Assembly: GCA_029261835.1 (NCBI GenBank)
Contig: JAJDAO010000030.1
Location: 21,308-85,307, forward strand
Direction of reading: 5' to 3'
Length of the DNA stretch: 64,000 nucleotides
Source of the DNA: Deltaproteobacteria bacterium
GTDB lineage: Bacteria; Myxococcota_A; UBA9160; UBA4427
Part shown: piece by piece, positions 48,440-57,616 of the stretch
Layout: the number at the start of each line of letters is the position of its first letter
Numbering within the stretch: the first letter of the stretch is position 1
Program-made: the position numbers and the translations under genes
Notes under the pieces: model-generated
Database searches by the model: none
What the model saw: the letters and a program-made list of their open reading frames with translations, nothing else
What the model was told of the DNA's origin: nothing

Positions 48440-49603
48440 GTGGAGGGAAGAACGGCGATGGAACGGGACAAGCTGTACCGACTCTTGAGGCTCGGCCTCG
48501 AAAAGGGCGCTTCGGACATCCACTTCCAGGTGGGGTACCTGCCGCTCTATCGCTTCCACGGCGAGCTGGTCGAGCTGCGCTACAAGGTGCTGACGCCCGC
48601 CGACACTGAACAGATCGTGCAGCTCCTGCTGGAGGCGGACCCCCGAGGCCCGAACCTCGAGTTCAACGAGCGCGATCTCGCCTTCGAGCTTCCGGGCGAA
48701 GGGCGTTTTCGCGTCAACATCTCTCGTCAGCGCCGTTTCTTCAATGTCGTGCTGCGCGTGATCCCGCCGCAGATCAAGGCCTTCGCCGACCTCAACCTGC
48801 CGGCCGTTCTCGCCGACATCGCGCAGCTTCGGCGCGGCTACGTGCTGGTCACCGGAGCCACGGGCATGGGCAAGTCCACGACCCTGGCGACTGTCATCAA
48901 CGAGATCAACCGAACGCGAAAGTGCAAGATCGTCACTGTCGAAGATCCGATCGAATTCGTCTTCCACCACGAGAAGAGCATCATCACGCAGCGTGAGATC
49001 GGCACGGATACCCAATCGTTCCCCGATGCCCTGCGCGCTGCTCTGCGCCAGGATCCAGATGTGATCATGGTCGGCGAGATGCGCGACCTCGAGACGGTCG
49101 ACACGTCACTGAAGGCCGCCGAGACCGGACATCTGGTCTTCTCCACGATCCACACGTCCGACGTGGCCTCGACCATCGGCCGACTCGTCTCGTTCTTTCC
49201 GACTGAGGAGCAGCTCCAGGTCAGAGCGCGGCTTGCTGACAATCTGCACGCCGTCGTCTGCCTGCGACTGCTGGCCAACAAGAAGCAGAACGGCCGGGTC
49301 CCTGCGGTCGAGATCATGCGCTCGACGCGCTCGATTCAGGAGTGCATCAAGGACCCCGCGCGGTCCCACGAGATCACGGAGTACATCTCGCGCGGGCGGG
49401 GCGAGAAGATGCAGACATTCGACCAGCACCTCCTCGACCTGCTGCGGGCCAACAAGATCTCTGTCGCAACTGCACTGAATGCCGCCTCGAATCCGACGGA
49501 CTTCCAGACCAAGCTGGAGATGGAGGGGGACTTCTCGGAGGCCACCGAAGTCGATCAGAAGCCGGAAGTTCCCTTCGAGATCGAGCCGGACGGGCGATTC
49601 TAG
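48440..49603 (+). CDS. pilT: type IV pilus retraction ATPase PilT/PilU family
   Basis: ASDIHFQVGYLPLYRFHG, Walker A TGATGMGKSTT, the Asp box, Walker B DPDVIMVGEMRD, and the His box VFSTIHT. Confidence 0.92.
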   Translation: MEGRTAMERDKLYRLLRLGLEKGASDIHFQVGYLPLYRFHGELVELRYKVLTPADTEQIVQLLLEADPRGPNLEFNERDLAFELPGEGRFRVNISRQRRFFNVVLRVIPPQIKAFADLNLPAVLADIAQLRRGYVLVTGATGMGKSTTLATVINEINRTRKCKIVTVEDPIEFVFHHEKSIITQREIGTDTQSFPDALRAALRQDPDVIMVGEMRDLETVDTSLKAAETGHLVFSTIHTSDVASTIGRLVSFFPTEEQLQVRARLADNLHAVVCLRLLANKKQNGRVPAVEIMRSTRSIQECIKDPARSHEITEYISRGRGEKMQTFDQHLLDLLRANKISVATALNAASNPTDFQTKLEMEGDFSEATEVDQKPEVPFEIEPDGRF

Positions 49604-49718
49604 AGGCCGCGATGCCAGCCGACACGCAATCCTGGCCGCTGCCGCCCAGCTCGGGTCTGAGCATTCAACGCGAGACGACGAGGCGCCAGACAAGGAAGAC
49701 GGAGGATTGACCCCACCG

Positions 49719-50987
49719 ATGGCGACTCCGGAACGAATGCAAATCCTGACAAGAGCGCTGCGCGACGCGGCGTCGCGAGCCGCCGAGATCGCGGGTGGCG
49801 GTTGCGCACTGCTCTTTGCGGGGCTGCCCGGAGAACTCGAAGAAGAGGCTCGCTCGAGGCTGCGTGCGGCAGCCGGCTTCGACTCCGTTGACGTCGCGCG
49901 CGGCGCCGCCAGCGCCATCATGGCGAAAGTGACCCACTGCATCGACACGAAGGAGACCGTGGCGGAGCCCGGTGACGGCGCCATGGGGCCGCGGGGAGCC
50001 GGAGGCGTCGTCCTGATGCCACTCGCGATCGACGACCGAATCCATGGTGTGCTGGCAGCGGGATCCCCAGAACCGCTGCAGGCGGCTCAATCCGAAGCAC
50101 TCGAGCTGCTGGCGTCCACTGCCGCCGTGCACATCGATCATCTCGAGCTGAACGAAGAGCTCGCACGTCTGCGCCGCAGCGCGTGTGAGAACGAGAATCT
50201 CGCCCACGAGAAGAGTGATGAGCTGCTCAAGCTTTCTGAGACCCTCTTTGCCCAGGACATCGAGCTGCTGCGCAGCAACGAGAAGCTGGGACAGATCGAG
50301 AAGGTCAAGAGCGACTTCATCGAGAAGATGTCCAGAGAACTCCGCACTCCCCTCAACAGCATCATCGAGTCGACGATCTCGGTCCTCGCGGGCGAGAACG
50401 AGACCCTCTCGGACGGGGCGAAGGAGAGTCTGCGGCTGGCCCTCGACGAGGGCACGACCTTCCAACGGACTCTGCAGAACATTCTGGACCTATGGCGCAT
50501 CAAGCAGGGCGAGATGCCCGTCGAGATCCAGGATCTGAACTTCTCCGAGGTCATCGATGAGGCGATCTTCAGCGTTCAGGACACGCTGAAGGGGAAGCCG
50601 GTCAACATCGAGAAGCAGCTTGCCGAGACGTTCCCCAAGGTCAAGACGGATTTGGCCAAGGTCAACCAGGTGCTCTTCCTGCTGCTGGAGAACGCGGCGA
50701 AATTCACCTCGAACGGCCGGATCGAAATCACCGCTGGCGTCGAGGACGGCATGCTCCACTGCGAGATCCACGACACCGGCATCGGCATCTGCCCGGACGA
50801 CCAGCAGTACATCTTCGACGAGTTCTTCCAGGTCGACGAGCGAACATCGACCTACTACCGAGGCGCCGGACTCGGACTCTCGCTGGCTCGCGATATCCTG
50901 GCGCTGCTCGACGGGGAGTGTCGCCTCAAGAGCGAACCCGGCCAGGGCACCTCGGCCATCTTCGAGATCCCCGTCCAGCTCGCCTGA
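49719..50987 (+). CDS. GAF-containing histidine-kinase-like protein with degenerate H-box (His replaced by Arg)
   Basis: The start is trimmed to ATG 49719. The DHp H-box reads SDFIEKMSRELRTPLNSI, where kinases have SHELRTPL (the Arg codon AGA is at 50334-50336). The catalytic ATP-binding domain is intact: LLLENAAKFT (N box), HDTGIGI (G1) and GAGLGLSLA (G2). Confidence 0.8.
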   Translation: MATPERMQILTRALRDAASRAAEIAGGGCALLFAGLPGELEEEARSRLRAAAGFDSVDVARGAASAIMAKVTHCIDTKETVAEPGDGAMGPRGAGGVVLMPLAIDDRIHGVLAAGSPEPLQAAQSEALELLASTAAVHIDHLELNEELARLRRSACENENLAHEKSDELLKLSETLFAQDIELLRSNEKLGQIEKVKSDFIEKMSRELRTPLNSIIESTISVLAGENETLSDGAKESLRLALDEGTTFQRTLQNILDLWRIKQGEMPVEIQDLNFSEVIDEAIFSVQDTLKGKPVNIEKQLAETFPKVKTDLAKVNQVLFLLLENAAKFTSNGRIEITAGVEDGMLHCEIHDTGIGICPDDQQYIFDEFFQVDERTSTYYRGAGLGLSLARDILALLDGECRLKSEPGQGTSAIFEIPVQLA

Positions 50988-51005
50988 CGAACGGCCGCGC
51001 CGCGA

Positions 51006-51323
51006 CTACTCCTTGGCCTCGACGTCAGCGGGCACAGGGGCGCCGTCCTCGACGACCTCGACACTCGCCGCCGCCTCCGGGAGATCCTCGTCGAGCCCGG
51101 GAAGAATCTGGCTGTCCTCGACGGGACGGTCTTCGGGGAAGTCCGGCGTAACCAGTCCGGCGGCGATTTCCCTCAGCGCCACCACCACTTCCTTGTTCTC
51201 TTCGTTCTGCACCAGCGGCGTAGCGCCCTTCTTGAGCTGCTTGGCTCGAATTGCCGTCATCTGCACCACGTGAAAGCGGTTCGAGACCTGTTCGATGCAG
51301 TCCTCGATAGTAATTCGCGCCAT
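51006..51323 (-). CDS. rpoZ: DNA-directed RNA polymerase subunit omega
   Basis: MARITIEDCIEQVSNRFHVVQMTAIRAKQL matches the RpoZ N-terminus. There is an acidic C-terminal tail. Confidence 0.92.
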   Translation of the reverse strand: MARITIEDCIEQVSNRFHVVQMTAIRAKQLKKGATPLVQNEENKEVVVALREIAAGLVTPDFPEDRPVEDSQILPGLDEDLPEAAASVEVVEDGAPVPADVEAKE

Positions 51324-51465
51324 GCCCGGTCACCCCCGTCTTGCGCGCCCGCGACCCACCGGACCGCTTGCGTTTTCTGCCTATATTTCAGGTACTTGAA
51401 CGATCGATTCCGGTTGCCCGCACAAGTCGCGGAGCCAAGCGAGCGGCACGATAGGGCACGTCCCC

Positions 51466-51502
51466 AGAGAAGGAAACCCCGGCCGGCTTGCGCCGGCCGG
51501 GG
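51466..51502 (-). terminator. intrinsic terminator downstream of the histone-like gene
   Basis: Minus strand: CCCCGGCCGGC-GCAA-GCCGGCCGGGG, a perfect 11-bp GC stem with a tetraloop, followed by TTTCCTTCTCT. It lies 49 nt after the stop at 51551. Confidence 0.65.
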
Positions 51503-51550
51503 TCCAACGGCCTTCCATTGAAGGAAGACCCCTCAACAGGTCGAAGTCGA

Positions 51551-51850
51551 TTACTTCTTCTTCCTTCGAGCGGCCTTCTTCCTTCGAGCGGCCTTCTTCC
51601 TCGTGGCCTTCTTGCGAGTGGCCTTCTTGCGAGTGGCCTTCTTGCGGGTGGCCTTCTTGCGAGTGGCCTTCCTGCGAGTGGCCTTGCGCTTGGCGGCCTT
51701 CTTGCGAGTGGCCTTGCGCTTGGCGGCCTTCTTGCGTGTCGCCTTGCGCTTAGCGGCCTTCTTGCGTGTCGCCTTGCGCTTGGCGGCCTTCTTGCGAGTG
51801 GCCTTGCGCTTGGCGGCCTTCTTCCGAGTTGCTTTCTTACGAGCTGCCAT
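51551..51850 (-). CDS. histone H1-like Lys/Ala-repeat nucleoid protein
   Basis: MAARKKATRKKAAKRKATRKKAAKRKA... is made almost entirely of K, A, R and T in KATRKKAAKR/ATRKK repeats. This resembles the eukaryotic H1 C-terminal tail and bacterial AlgP/BpH1/Hc1-type proteins. The ATG at 51850 is preferred over GTG 51862 because of the upstream GGGGGG. Confidence 0.75.
   Translation of the reverse strand: MAARKKATRKKAAKRKATRKKAAKRKATRKKAAKRKATRKKAAKRKATRKKAAKRKATRRKATRKKATRKKATRKKATRKKATRKKAARRKKAARRKKK
51554..51840. repeat. in-frame tandem DNA repeats (15-nt and 30-nt units) forming the histone-like ORF
   Basis: Plus strand: GGCCTTCTTGCGAGT in about 5 copies, then GGCCTTGCGCTTGGCGGCCTTCTTGCGAGT in about 5 copies with a few substitutions. 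Confidence 0.85.
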
Positions 51851-52464
51851 TTCTTGGGTCACCCCCCTTGTTGTTCAACTCTCTTGATGCCGCGATCTCG
51901 CTATTCCAGCTCTGAGGTTTGAAGCCATATCGGCTGCTTGCCCACTTACGATAGGAACTTGCGTGACCGTGTGTTGGTGCCCCTATCGGTGGCTGGCTCC
52001 GGCGACTTGAAGGCAAACGGACCATCTTCTTATCGCAAACCGCGACACTAGAGCGATTGTTGCGAGTGACCGTAACACCTGCCTTTTGCGCACGTCAAGT
52101 AATTACGTCAAAAAAAACAATGTGATGGGGAGTGAAACTGCGGCTAACGAGACCGAACTCGGCCGAATATGCTGACCGCATCACTGTCCGGCGGATGTCA
52201 TGCGGCCCGCCGTGCGAATGATCGATACGCGATCACTGTGTGGCCGAGCGCTCGCAGTGGCGGAACGATCAGTACGATCGTGGGCCGCGCCCGGCCGTGA
52301 ACGTCCGGACACACGACCACGCCAACGCGACGCGACGCGACGCGAACGAATCATCGGTTGTGAAATGAAATGGGCGTTGGGCGGGGAGCACCTGCTCCGT
52401 GGGCTGAAACCCCTGCTCGAACAACGGGCTCGCACGCCGCGTCACGCCGAACGTGCGGTGCAGC

Positions 52465-52551
52465 CTACTTCTTGTGGCGCTGTCGCCTCATGAGCTTGCG
52501 CTGCTTGTGCTTGCGCATCTTCTTGCGGCGCTTCTTGATCACGCTTCCCAC
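52465..52551 (-). CDS. bS22-like small basic ribosomal protein (AURKAIP1/COX24-type, 28 aa)
   Basis: The C-terminal part of track ORF 52465..52677. From GTG 52551 it reads (M)GSVIKKRRKKMRKHKQRKLMRRQRHKK*. This is close to actinobacterial bS22 as I recall it (MGSVIKKRRKRM.KKKHRKLL..TR.QRR). GAGAGG lies about 7 nt upstream of the GTG. A longer form starting at 52677 cannot be excluded. Confidence 0.55.
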   Translation of the reverse strand: MGSVIKKRRKKMRKHKQRKLMRRQRHKK

Positions 52552-52870
52552 GAAACCACCTCTCTTACGGTCTGACGGTCTGACGGTCGACTCGCTGGCC
52601 ACCGAATCGCGGAACAACCAGACGGCTTCTCTACCCACCGCTCTGTTCACCGCTCTGGCCACCGCTGGGCCCAACAAGACACGCTCAGGCCCCGCCAGAA
52701 GCGCGCCAAGGGATACTGACTCACCTGTTCAAAGTCAAGCCGCGCACTGCGCCCTCACCCGTGCTGCTGGGCACACCGCGGCTCTCCCCGGGGGCTGGCC
52801 GACATCAGATCGCGAGTTCAAGCCATTGCCGGTATTTGGAACGCCCGCGCATGCAGGTGGGACACGTTCA

Positions 52871-53365
52871 TCAAATCGCTGCCAGCCGGACACCGCGCGA
52901 AAACACGTGCCGCACTGCACCCAAACAGCGATTGAGGCGATGGCGTCGCGGCAGAAAGCTCAACACGGGCGACCGGCGGTCACCAAACTCGTCCAGCATG
53001 GCGAGTATGACCGCGTGTCCCGGGTCGATCATCAGCCCCCTTCGCAGGAAACGGATCCCCTCCGTCTTGAATCCGAAGCCAAAGTAGAGTCTGGCGAGGT
53101 TGAGATAGAGGTCGGGGTTGAAGAACTCTTGCTTGGCCGCCGACTGACAGAGTTCGACGGATTCTTCGAAGCGGCGTTCCGAGAGCCCGAGGCAAAGCCC
53201 ATAGTAGGAGCGAACCCGCGCATCTCCCGACTCTCTGCGGTAGGCGTCCCGCAGGTACTCGAGCGCCTGAACGGGATCGCCGCCTTCGTACATCGAACAG
53301 CCGGTCTCGAGAAGCTCTCGGGTCGAGAGCTCTTCGAGGACCGTGTCCGCCGAACATGCAGCCAT
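52871..53365 (-). CDS. TPR-like repeat protein, hypothetical
   Basis: 164 aa with helical repeat motifs (GDPVQALEYLRDAY..., YYGLCLGL, PDLYLNLARLYFGFG, GIRFLRRGLMIDPGH). Confidence 0.55.
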   Translation of the reverse strand: MAACSADTVLEELSTRELLETGCSMYEGGDPVQALEYLRDAYRRESGDARVRSYYGLCLGLSERRFEESVELCQSAAKQEFFNPDLYLNLARLYFGFGFKTEGIRFLRRGLMIDPGHAVILAMLDEFGDRRSPVLSFLPRRHRLNRCLGAVRHVFSRGVRLAAI

Positions 53366-53633
53366 TCATTGCCTCCAGTCGCACAGCCGGCGAGAACCGC
53401 CTGAGCTTGGACAATAAGAAGCAAGCTGTGTGCCGTTTGACCCATCGGCAGCTTTCGACTCAAGCCCAAGCACTACTGTCGTCCCGGCCAGAACTGGCCT
53501 TCGTCAAGTGGGGCCCGGGTTACAGCTTCGTTACTGCGAGTTTCCCTCTGGTGCTCCAGCCGCGCAGCACTGCGGCGGTTGCCCCCGCGACGCAGCGTCA
53601 CACAGCACGATCTCCAGGGCCGACGAATGCGGC

Positions 53634-55457
53634 TCAGCAGTCCAGCAGGTTCTCTCGCTCGGCCGCCGCGAAGTCGCTGTGCAGCCTCTCGAAGTCTTCC
53701 GAGCTGAACGGGCTGAAGACGGTGCTCCCGCGCTCACGCCAGTAGATCGGCGCGTCGGGCAGCTTGCGTCGGTCGAAGTGCTGCCGCTTGAGGTTTCGCA
53801 CGAGGATCTTCTGCGTCTGCGTGTACTCGAATTCGCCGACGATGCGAACGAAGTCGGGAAACCACTTGCGGTCCATTCCACCCGCTACCGTCTGCTGCTC
53901 GCAGTATTCGAAGAATCGCTTGGGATCGAAACGCGCGCCCTCAACGAGTCTGAGCGCCACCATCACGAGTTCGTCCGAGACCACGCACGGCACTCCGTAG
54001 GCCGCCGCCAGCGCGACATCGGCGTGTTCCGAAATGATCCGGGCCACCTGTGCCGCAGAGAAATTCTCGCCGTCCTTGCGAATCCAGTCGTCGGTTCGGC
54101 CGTCGAAGAACAAGTGGCGCTCATCACCGCGAACCAGGATGTGCCCGAGATCGCCCGAGTGATAGACGCCAGCCCGGTACTTGCTCGAATTGGCCGCCTC
54201 GTTTCCGTGGTAGCCCTGAAACAGGGCCGTATCGTCGGCGACACGGCAGATCTCGCCGACGGCCGCCGCGTAATTGAGGATCTTGCCGTCTTCAGCGAGC
54301 TCGGCGGGCGGACACTCGCGCCCCTGCTCATCGAGAATCTTCACGGCTGCATCGGTCACCTCGCCGACCGAGCCACGTGGATCGCCCTTCTTGCGGAACG
54401 TACTGATCGCCGCCTCGGTCGACCCGTACAGCTCGAACATGTCTTCGAGTCCGAGCCAGCGAATGAACTTGTCGATGTCGGGCGGTGAAGCGCCATTGCC
54501 GAGCGCGCAACGCAAGCGGTTGGCCGGATTCTCGGCCAGCTCGGCTCGTATGCGCTCCTCGTCGCCGCCGAACTCGCGCTCAATGGCGGCGAGGATGTAG
54601 TGCACGGGCTCCCCAACGTAGTTCCAGAAAGTCACTCCATACCTCAGCACGTCGGGCACGAAGCGGCTGGCGCTGAAGCGCTCTCGCAAGCCGATGGAGG
54701 CTCCGGCGCAGAAGGCGGGCTGAAAGCCGAGGAAGATCGCGTTGGAGTGGAATAGCGGCATGCAGGCGTAGCCGCAGTCATCAGGCGTCAGCGCGAGATT
54801 GCTCGAAACCGTCAACCCGATTGCCGTCAGCTTGAAGTGATTGTTGTTGATCCCCTTCGGCAGCCCCGTGGTCCCCGACGTGTAGATGACCATCAGATTC
54901 GTCTCAGGCGAGACGTCTACGGCCGGGGCGTCGAGCTCCTCGCCGCACTCGGCGACTTCTCGAGCGAGGCAGTCCGCCAGGATTCGGTCCGGGGCAAGCT
55001 CCGTCTCGCCGCGCGACGGCACCACGAGAATGTTCTCCGGGTCGAGGTGCCCGAGCGATCCGGCGATCGCCTCGAGTCGCTCCAGGTGGCTCTCGTCCAC
55101 CACCAACACACGCGAGCCCGAATGCTTGATGACGCCGGCGAGCGTGTCACCCACGAGACCGGTATTGAGGCCGAAGAGCGTGAGCCCCCCATAGGCGCAA
55201 CCACCGTAGAGAGCGAGAAGCTCAAAGCAGTTCTCGAGCAACATCGCGACGTGTCCAGGACGGCCGTCGTCGATGCGCCCCAAGCGCTCGAGGAGGAAGT
55301 GCGCGTAGCGGACGGCTTCGTTGCGATACTGCCGGTAGGTCCAGACTTGCTCGTCGTGGCGCAGCAGAACTCGCTCCCCGAGCATGGCATGTTCGGCCCG
55401 GGCCTCGATCTGGTCGCGAACGGTGAAGGGAGCTTCGATGATGGGGCTGAAGGCCAC
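53634..55457 (-). CDS. AMP-dependent acyl-CoA synthetase/ligase
   Basis: 607 aa with the AMP-binding motif IYTSGTTGLPKG, YGSTE and GDLGHI, plus a C-terminal subdomain. It has a GTG start. Confidence 0.9.
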   Translation of the reverse strand: MAFSPIIEAPFTVRDQIEARAEHAMLGERVLLRHDEQVWTYRQYRNEAVRYAHFLLERLGRIDDGRPGHVAMLLENCFELLALYGGCAYGGLTLFGLNTGLVGDTLAGVIKHSGSRVLVVDESHLERLEAIAGSLGHLDPENILVVPSRGETELAPDRILADCLAREVAECGEELDAPAVDVSPETNLMVIYTSGTTGLPKGINNNHFKLTAIGLTVSSNLALTPDDCGYACMPLFHSNAIFLGFQPAFCAGASIGLRERFSASRFVPDVLRYGVTFWNYVGEPVHYILAAIEREFGGDEERIRAELAENPANRLRCALGNGASPPDIDKFIRWLGLEDMFELYGSTEAAISTFRKKGDPRGSVGEVTDAAVKILDEQGRECPPAELAEDGKILNYAAAVGEICRVADDTALFQGYHGNEAANSSKYRAGVYHSGDLGHILVRGDERHLFFDGRTDDWIRKDGENFSAAQVARIISEHADVALAAAYGVPCVVSDELVMVALRLVEGARFDPKRFFEYCEQQTVAGGMDRKWFPDFVRIVGEFEYTQTQKILVRNLKRQHFDRRKLPDAPIYWRERGSTVFSPFSSEDFERLHSDFAAAERENLLDC

Positions 55458-55683
55458 GGCTGCACTCCGAAAACGGGGGCGGCCATTTCACATGACCGCC
55501 CAGTTGACCGAATCGGTGATGCTACCGAAGGTCGAGCACTGTGAGCCACGGTCGGGCTCGTGAGGCGGGAGCGCGCAGCGAGCCCGCAGATCTGGCGAAT
55601 CGGCTTGCGCCGCTGGCGGCGAGGCCCTCCCCCCAAGAATCGGTCTCAACCACCCTGCGTTCCCGCGTGGCGCTCGACGGGCC

Positions 55684-55920
55684 TCAGTACTCGATGATCT
55701 CGAGGATGTAGCGCTTCTTCTCCTTGCCGCTGGCCGCTGCCATCAGTGTTCGAATCGCCGAAGCATGCGCCCCACCCTTCCCGATCACCTTGCCGAGATC
55801 CTCCTTGGCCACACGCAGCTCGAGTACGTGCGCGTGCTCACCCACCACTTCCTTGATCTGGACCTCCGTGGGCTGGTCTACCAAGCACTTGACGATGTCT
55901 TCTATGAGCTGCCTCATCAT
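55684..55920 (-). CDS. KH-domain RNA-binding protein (YlqC/UPF0109 family)
   Basis: The start is trimmed to ATG 55920. MMRQLIEDIVKCLVDQPTEVQIKEVVGEHAHVLELRVAKEDLGKVIGKGGAHASAIRTL contains the GxxG KH loop (IGKGG). Confidence 0.85.
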   Translation of the reverse strand: MMRQLIEDIVKCLVDQPTEVQIKEVVGEHAHVLELRVAKEDLGKVIGKGGAHASAIRTLMAAASGKEKKRYILEIIEY

Positions 55921-56322
55921 CGCGTTCTCCGCCTCCGCCTCGACGATCCGCTGCCGGTTCCCCCCCGTCACACGATCCGCCGCGGCAACCACAATGCACA
56001 CACACTCCTAGATCAGTCTACGCCGCTCATCATCCCCGGGCATCTCATTTCGGCCGACGATACTGCGCCCGTCTTCAGGCCAGAGTCGCATTCGTGCCTA
56101 CCCCAGGGGGTGTCGCAAGAGTCCTTTGTTCGGCCTCGCACCGCAACAGGTGAACACCCCTCAGTTGCCAGATTTTGTTCCGGAGAGCTGAGCGGGCTCG
56201 TGACACATCCGATCAGAGGTGAACTCGAGAGGCCTTCGGCAGAGTTCCATCGTGGCGACACGCTCCGACAGCCGGTGCGCCACTGGGCATCGTCTTCGAG
56301 CAAGCGAGCTTCGCCGACGACG

Positions 56323-57237
56323 TCAGCCGAGAGCGGGCGATGCCAGCGCCAGGGCTGCCTGTCGCTGGCCCCAGGCAAAGGGCAGAGCGCGCTTCTGCTC
56401 CGGCCGCGCCAGCTTCAGCACGGGAACGCGGGCGGCGATGTCGCTCGCGACTTCGATCAGGCGAGCCGTGCAATCGGGATCGTGCACCGGTGCGAAGACG
56501 TACTGGAGCAGCTCGCCGACGGCACTCTCGTGCGCGAGCCGCTGGGCGTGAATCGTCTGCGAGCGCTCGACCACGTGAATGGCCTCCAGAGGGGCCGAGA
56601 GTCCGCCACCGAGTGCGTCCTCTCCACCCGGAAGTCCATGCACACGAATCGCATCATTCAGAGGCCGCAGGACCAAGCGCTCTCCCAGAATACTGGGTGG
56701 CCGAGGCGGCCGAGCCTCTTGCCATGCGACGCGCCCGCGCCCCGGCGAATCCGGCGGCGCGTCGGCTCCGAGGAAGACGAGGGCCCGGCCGTCCCGGATC
56801 ACCGGTGTCCCGGCGACGAGCAGCCCGCCATCGCGAATCACGCGGTGGAGTAGAAGGATGTCGAGGAGTGGCTGCTCGAGCGGGAAGGACCGCGCGGCAG
56901 CCAACTCGGGTGCGATGATCACCTCGCCCACGCGCAGATCCGCATCGAAGCGAGCCACGCGCTCGCAGCGACGTCGCCTGCCATGCGTCACGACGAGCCA
57001 GTCGTCGCCGACACGCCCGACGTCGAAGCTGCCGTCCGCGAAGGCGTAGCTGATGGGATCCCAATCCGGAGCCTCACCTCGACCGACGCGAACGCCCACG
57101 TACATGTCCGGCGCCAGCGGCGAGCAGGCGAGCGCAGCAAGCTCATTCTCTGGCCAACGCCAGTCGAGCGAGGATGAAACCTCGATCGCCAGCCGAACCC
57201 CCGCCAACTCGATTCCGCGCAGTCGCGTACGACCCAC
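56323..57237 (-). CDS. hypothetical protein
   Basis: 304-aa ORF with coding-like composition. I recognised no convincing motif. It has a faint resemblance to HprK-related kinase-like proteins but lacks a P-loop. Confidence 0.45.
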   Translation of the reverse strand: MGRTRLRGIELAGVRLAIEVSSSLDWRWPENELAALACSPLAPDMYVGVRVGRGEAPDWDPISYAFADGSFDVGRVGDDWLVVTHGRRRRCERVARFDADLRVGEVIIAPELAAARSFPLEQPLLDILLLHRVIRDGGLLVAGTPVIRDGRALVFLGADAPPDSPGRGRVAWQEARPPRPPSILGERLVLRPLNDAIRVHGLPGGEDALGGGLSAPLEAIHVVERSQTIHAQRLAHESAVGELLQYVFAPVHDPDCTARLIEVASDIAARVPVLKLARPEQKRALPFAWGQRQAALALASPALG

Positions 57238-57616
57238 TTGCTGCCCTCCCGTGGCTCAAATCCCCATCCCGGCCCCCTGCGCCCAGCTGGGCTCCGAAGA
57301 AGACCGGATGAGCAACTCATCGGCAATTCGGCGGCAACCTTTACAGCCCGATGCGAAAACTCCGTGGTCGAGGTGGAGAAATCGCCCGATCGGCCCTGGA
57401 ATCACTCTGCGCGCCGCCCCGGCCACGGCGCGAAACCGCACGTCAGGCGCCACTCAGGTGGGGTAGAGAATCAGTCGAAACTGATGTACCGAATGGGCGC
57501 GGCGAATCGGCGCGGGCTCGGCGCAAGACCTGGCGCGAGCTGTGCTGCCACATGGCCGAAGCGCTGTGGTAACCACCCACCATCCGGCATCTGCTGGACA
57601 TGGACCGCGTATCGAG

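Noticed and set aside
51554-51840. Regular tandem repeats, considered as a possible CRISPR-like array.
   Set aside because: The units are contiguous, without spacers, in-frame and translate to a Lys/Ala repeat protein. This is coding minisatellite sequence, not CRISPR.
55469-55501. Hairpin GGGCGGTC-ATGTGAAAT-GGCCGCCC followed by CCGTTTTCGG on the minus strand between the KH gene and the acyl-CoA synthetase.
   Set aside because: It could be a terminator for the KH gene. However, the stem has a mismatch, the T-run is only 4 nt, and the structure ends 12 nt before the downstream start codon. It is too uncertain to list as a feature.
57238-57616. Leader of mgtE, checked for an M-box (ykoK) Mg2+ riboswitch. 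The leader of the TonB-dependent receptor was checked for a cobalamin riboswitch.
   Set aside because: I recognised no conserved core sequences by eye. An Infernal scan would be needed to be sure.
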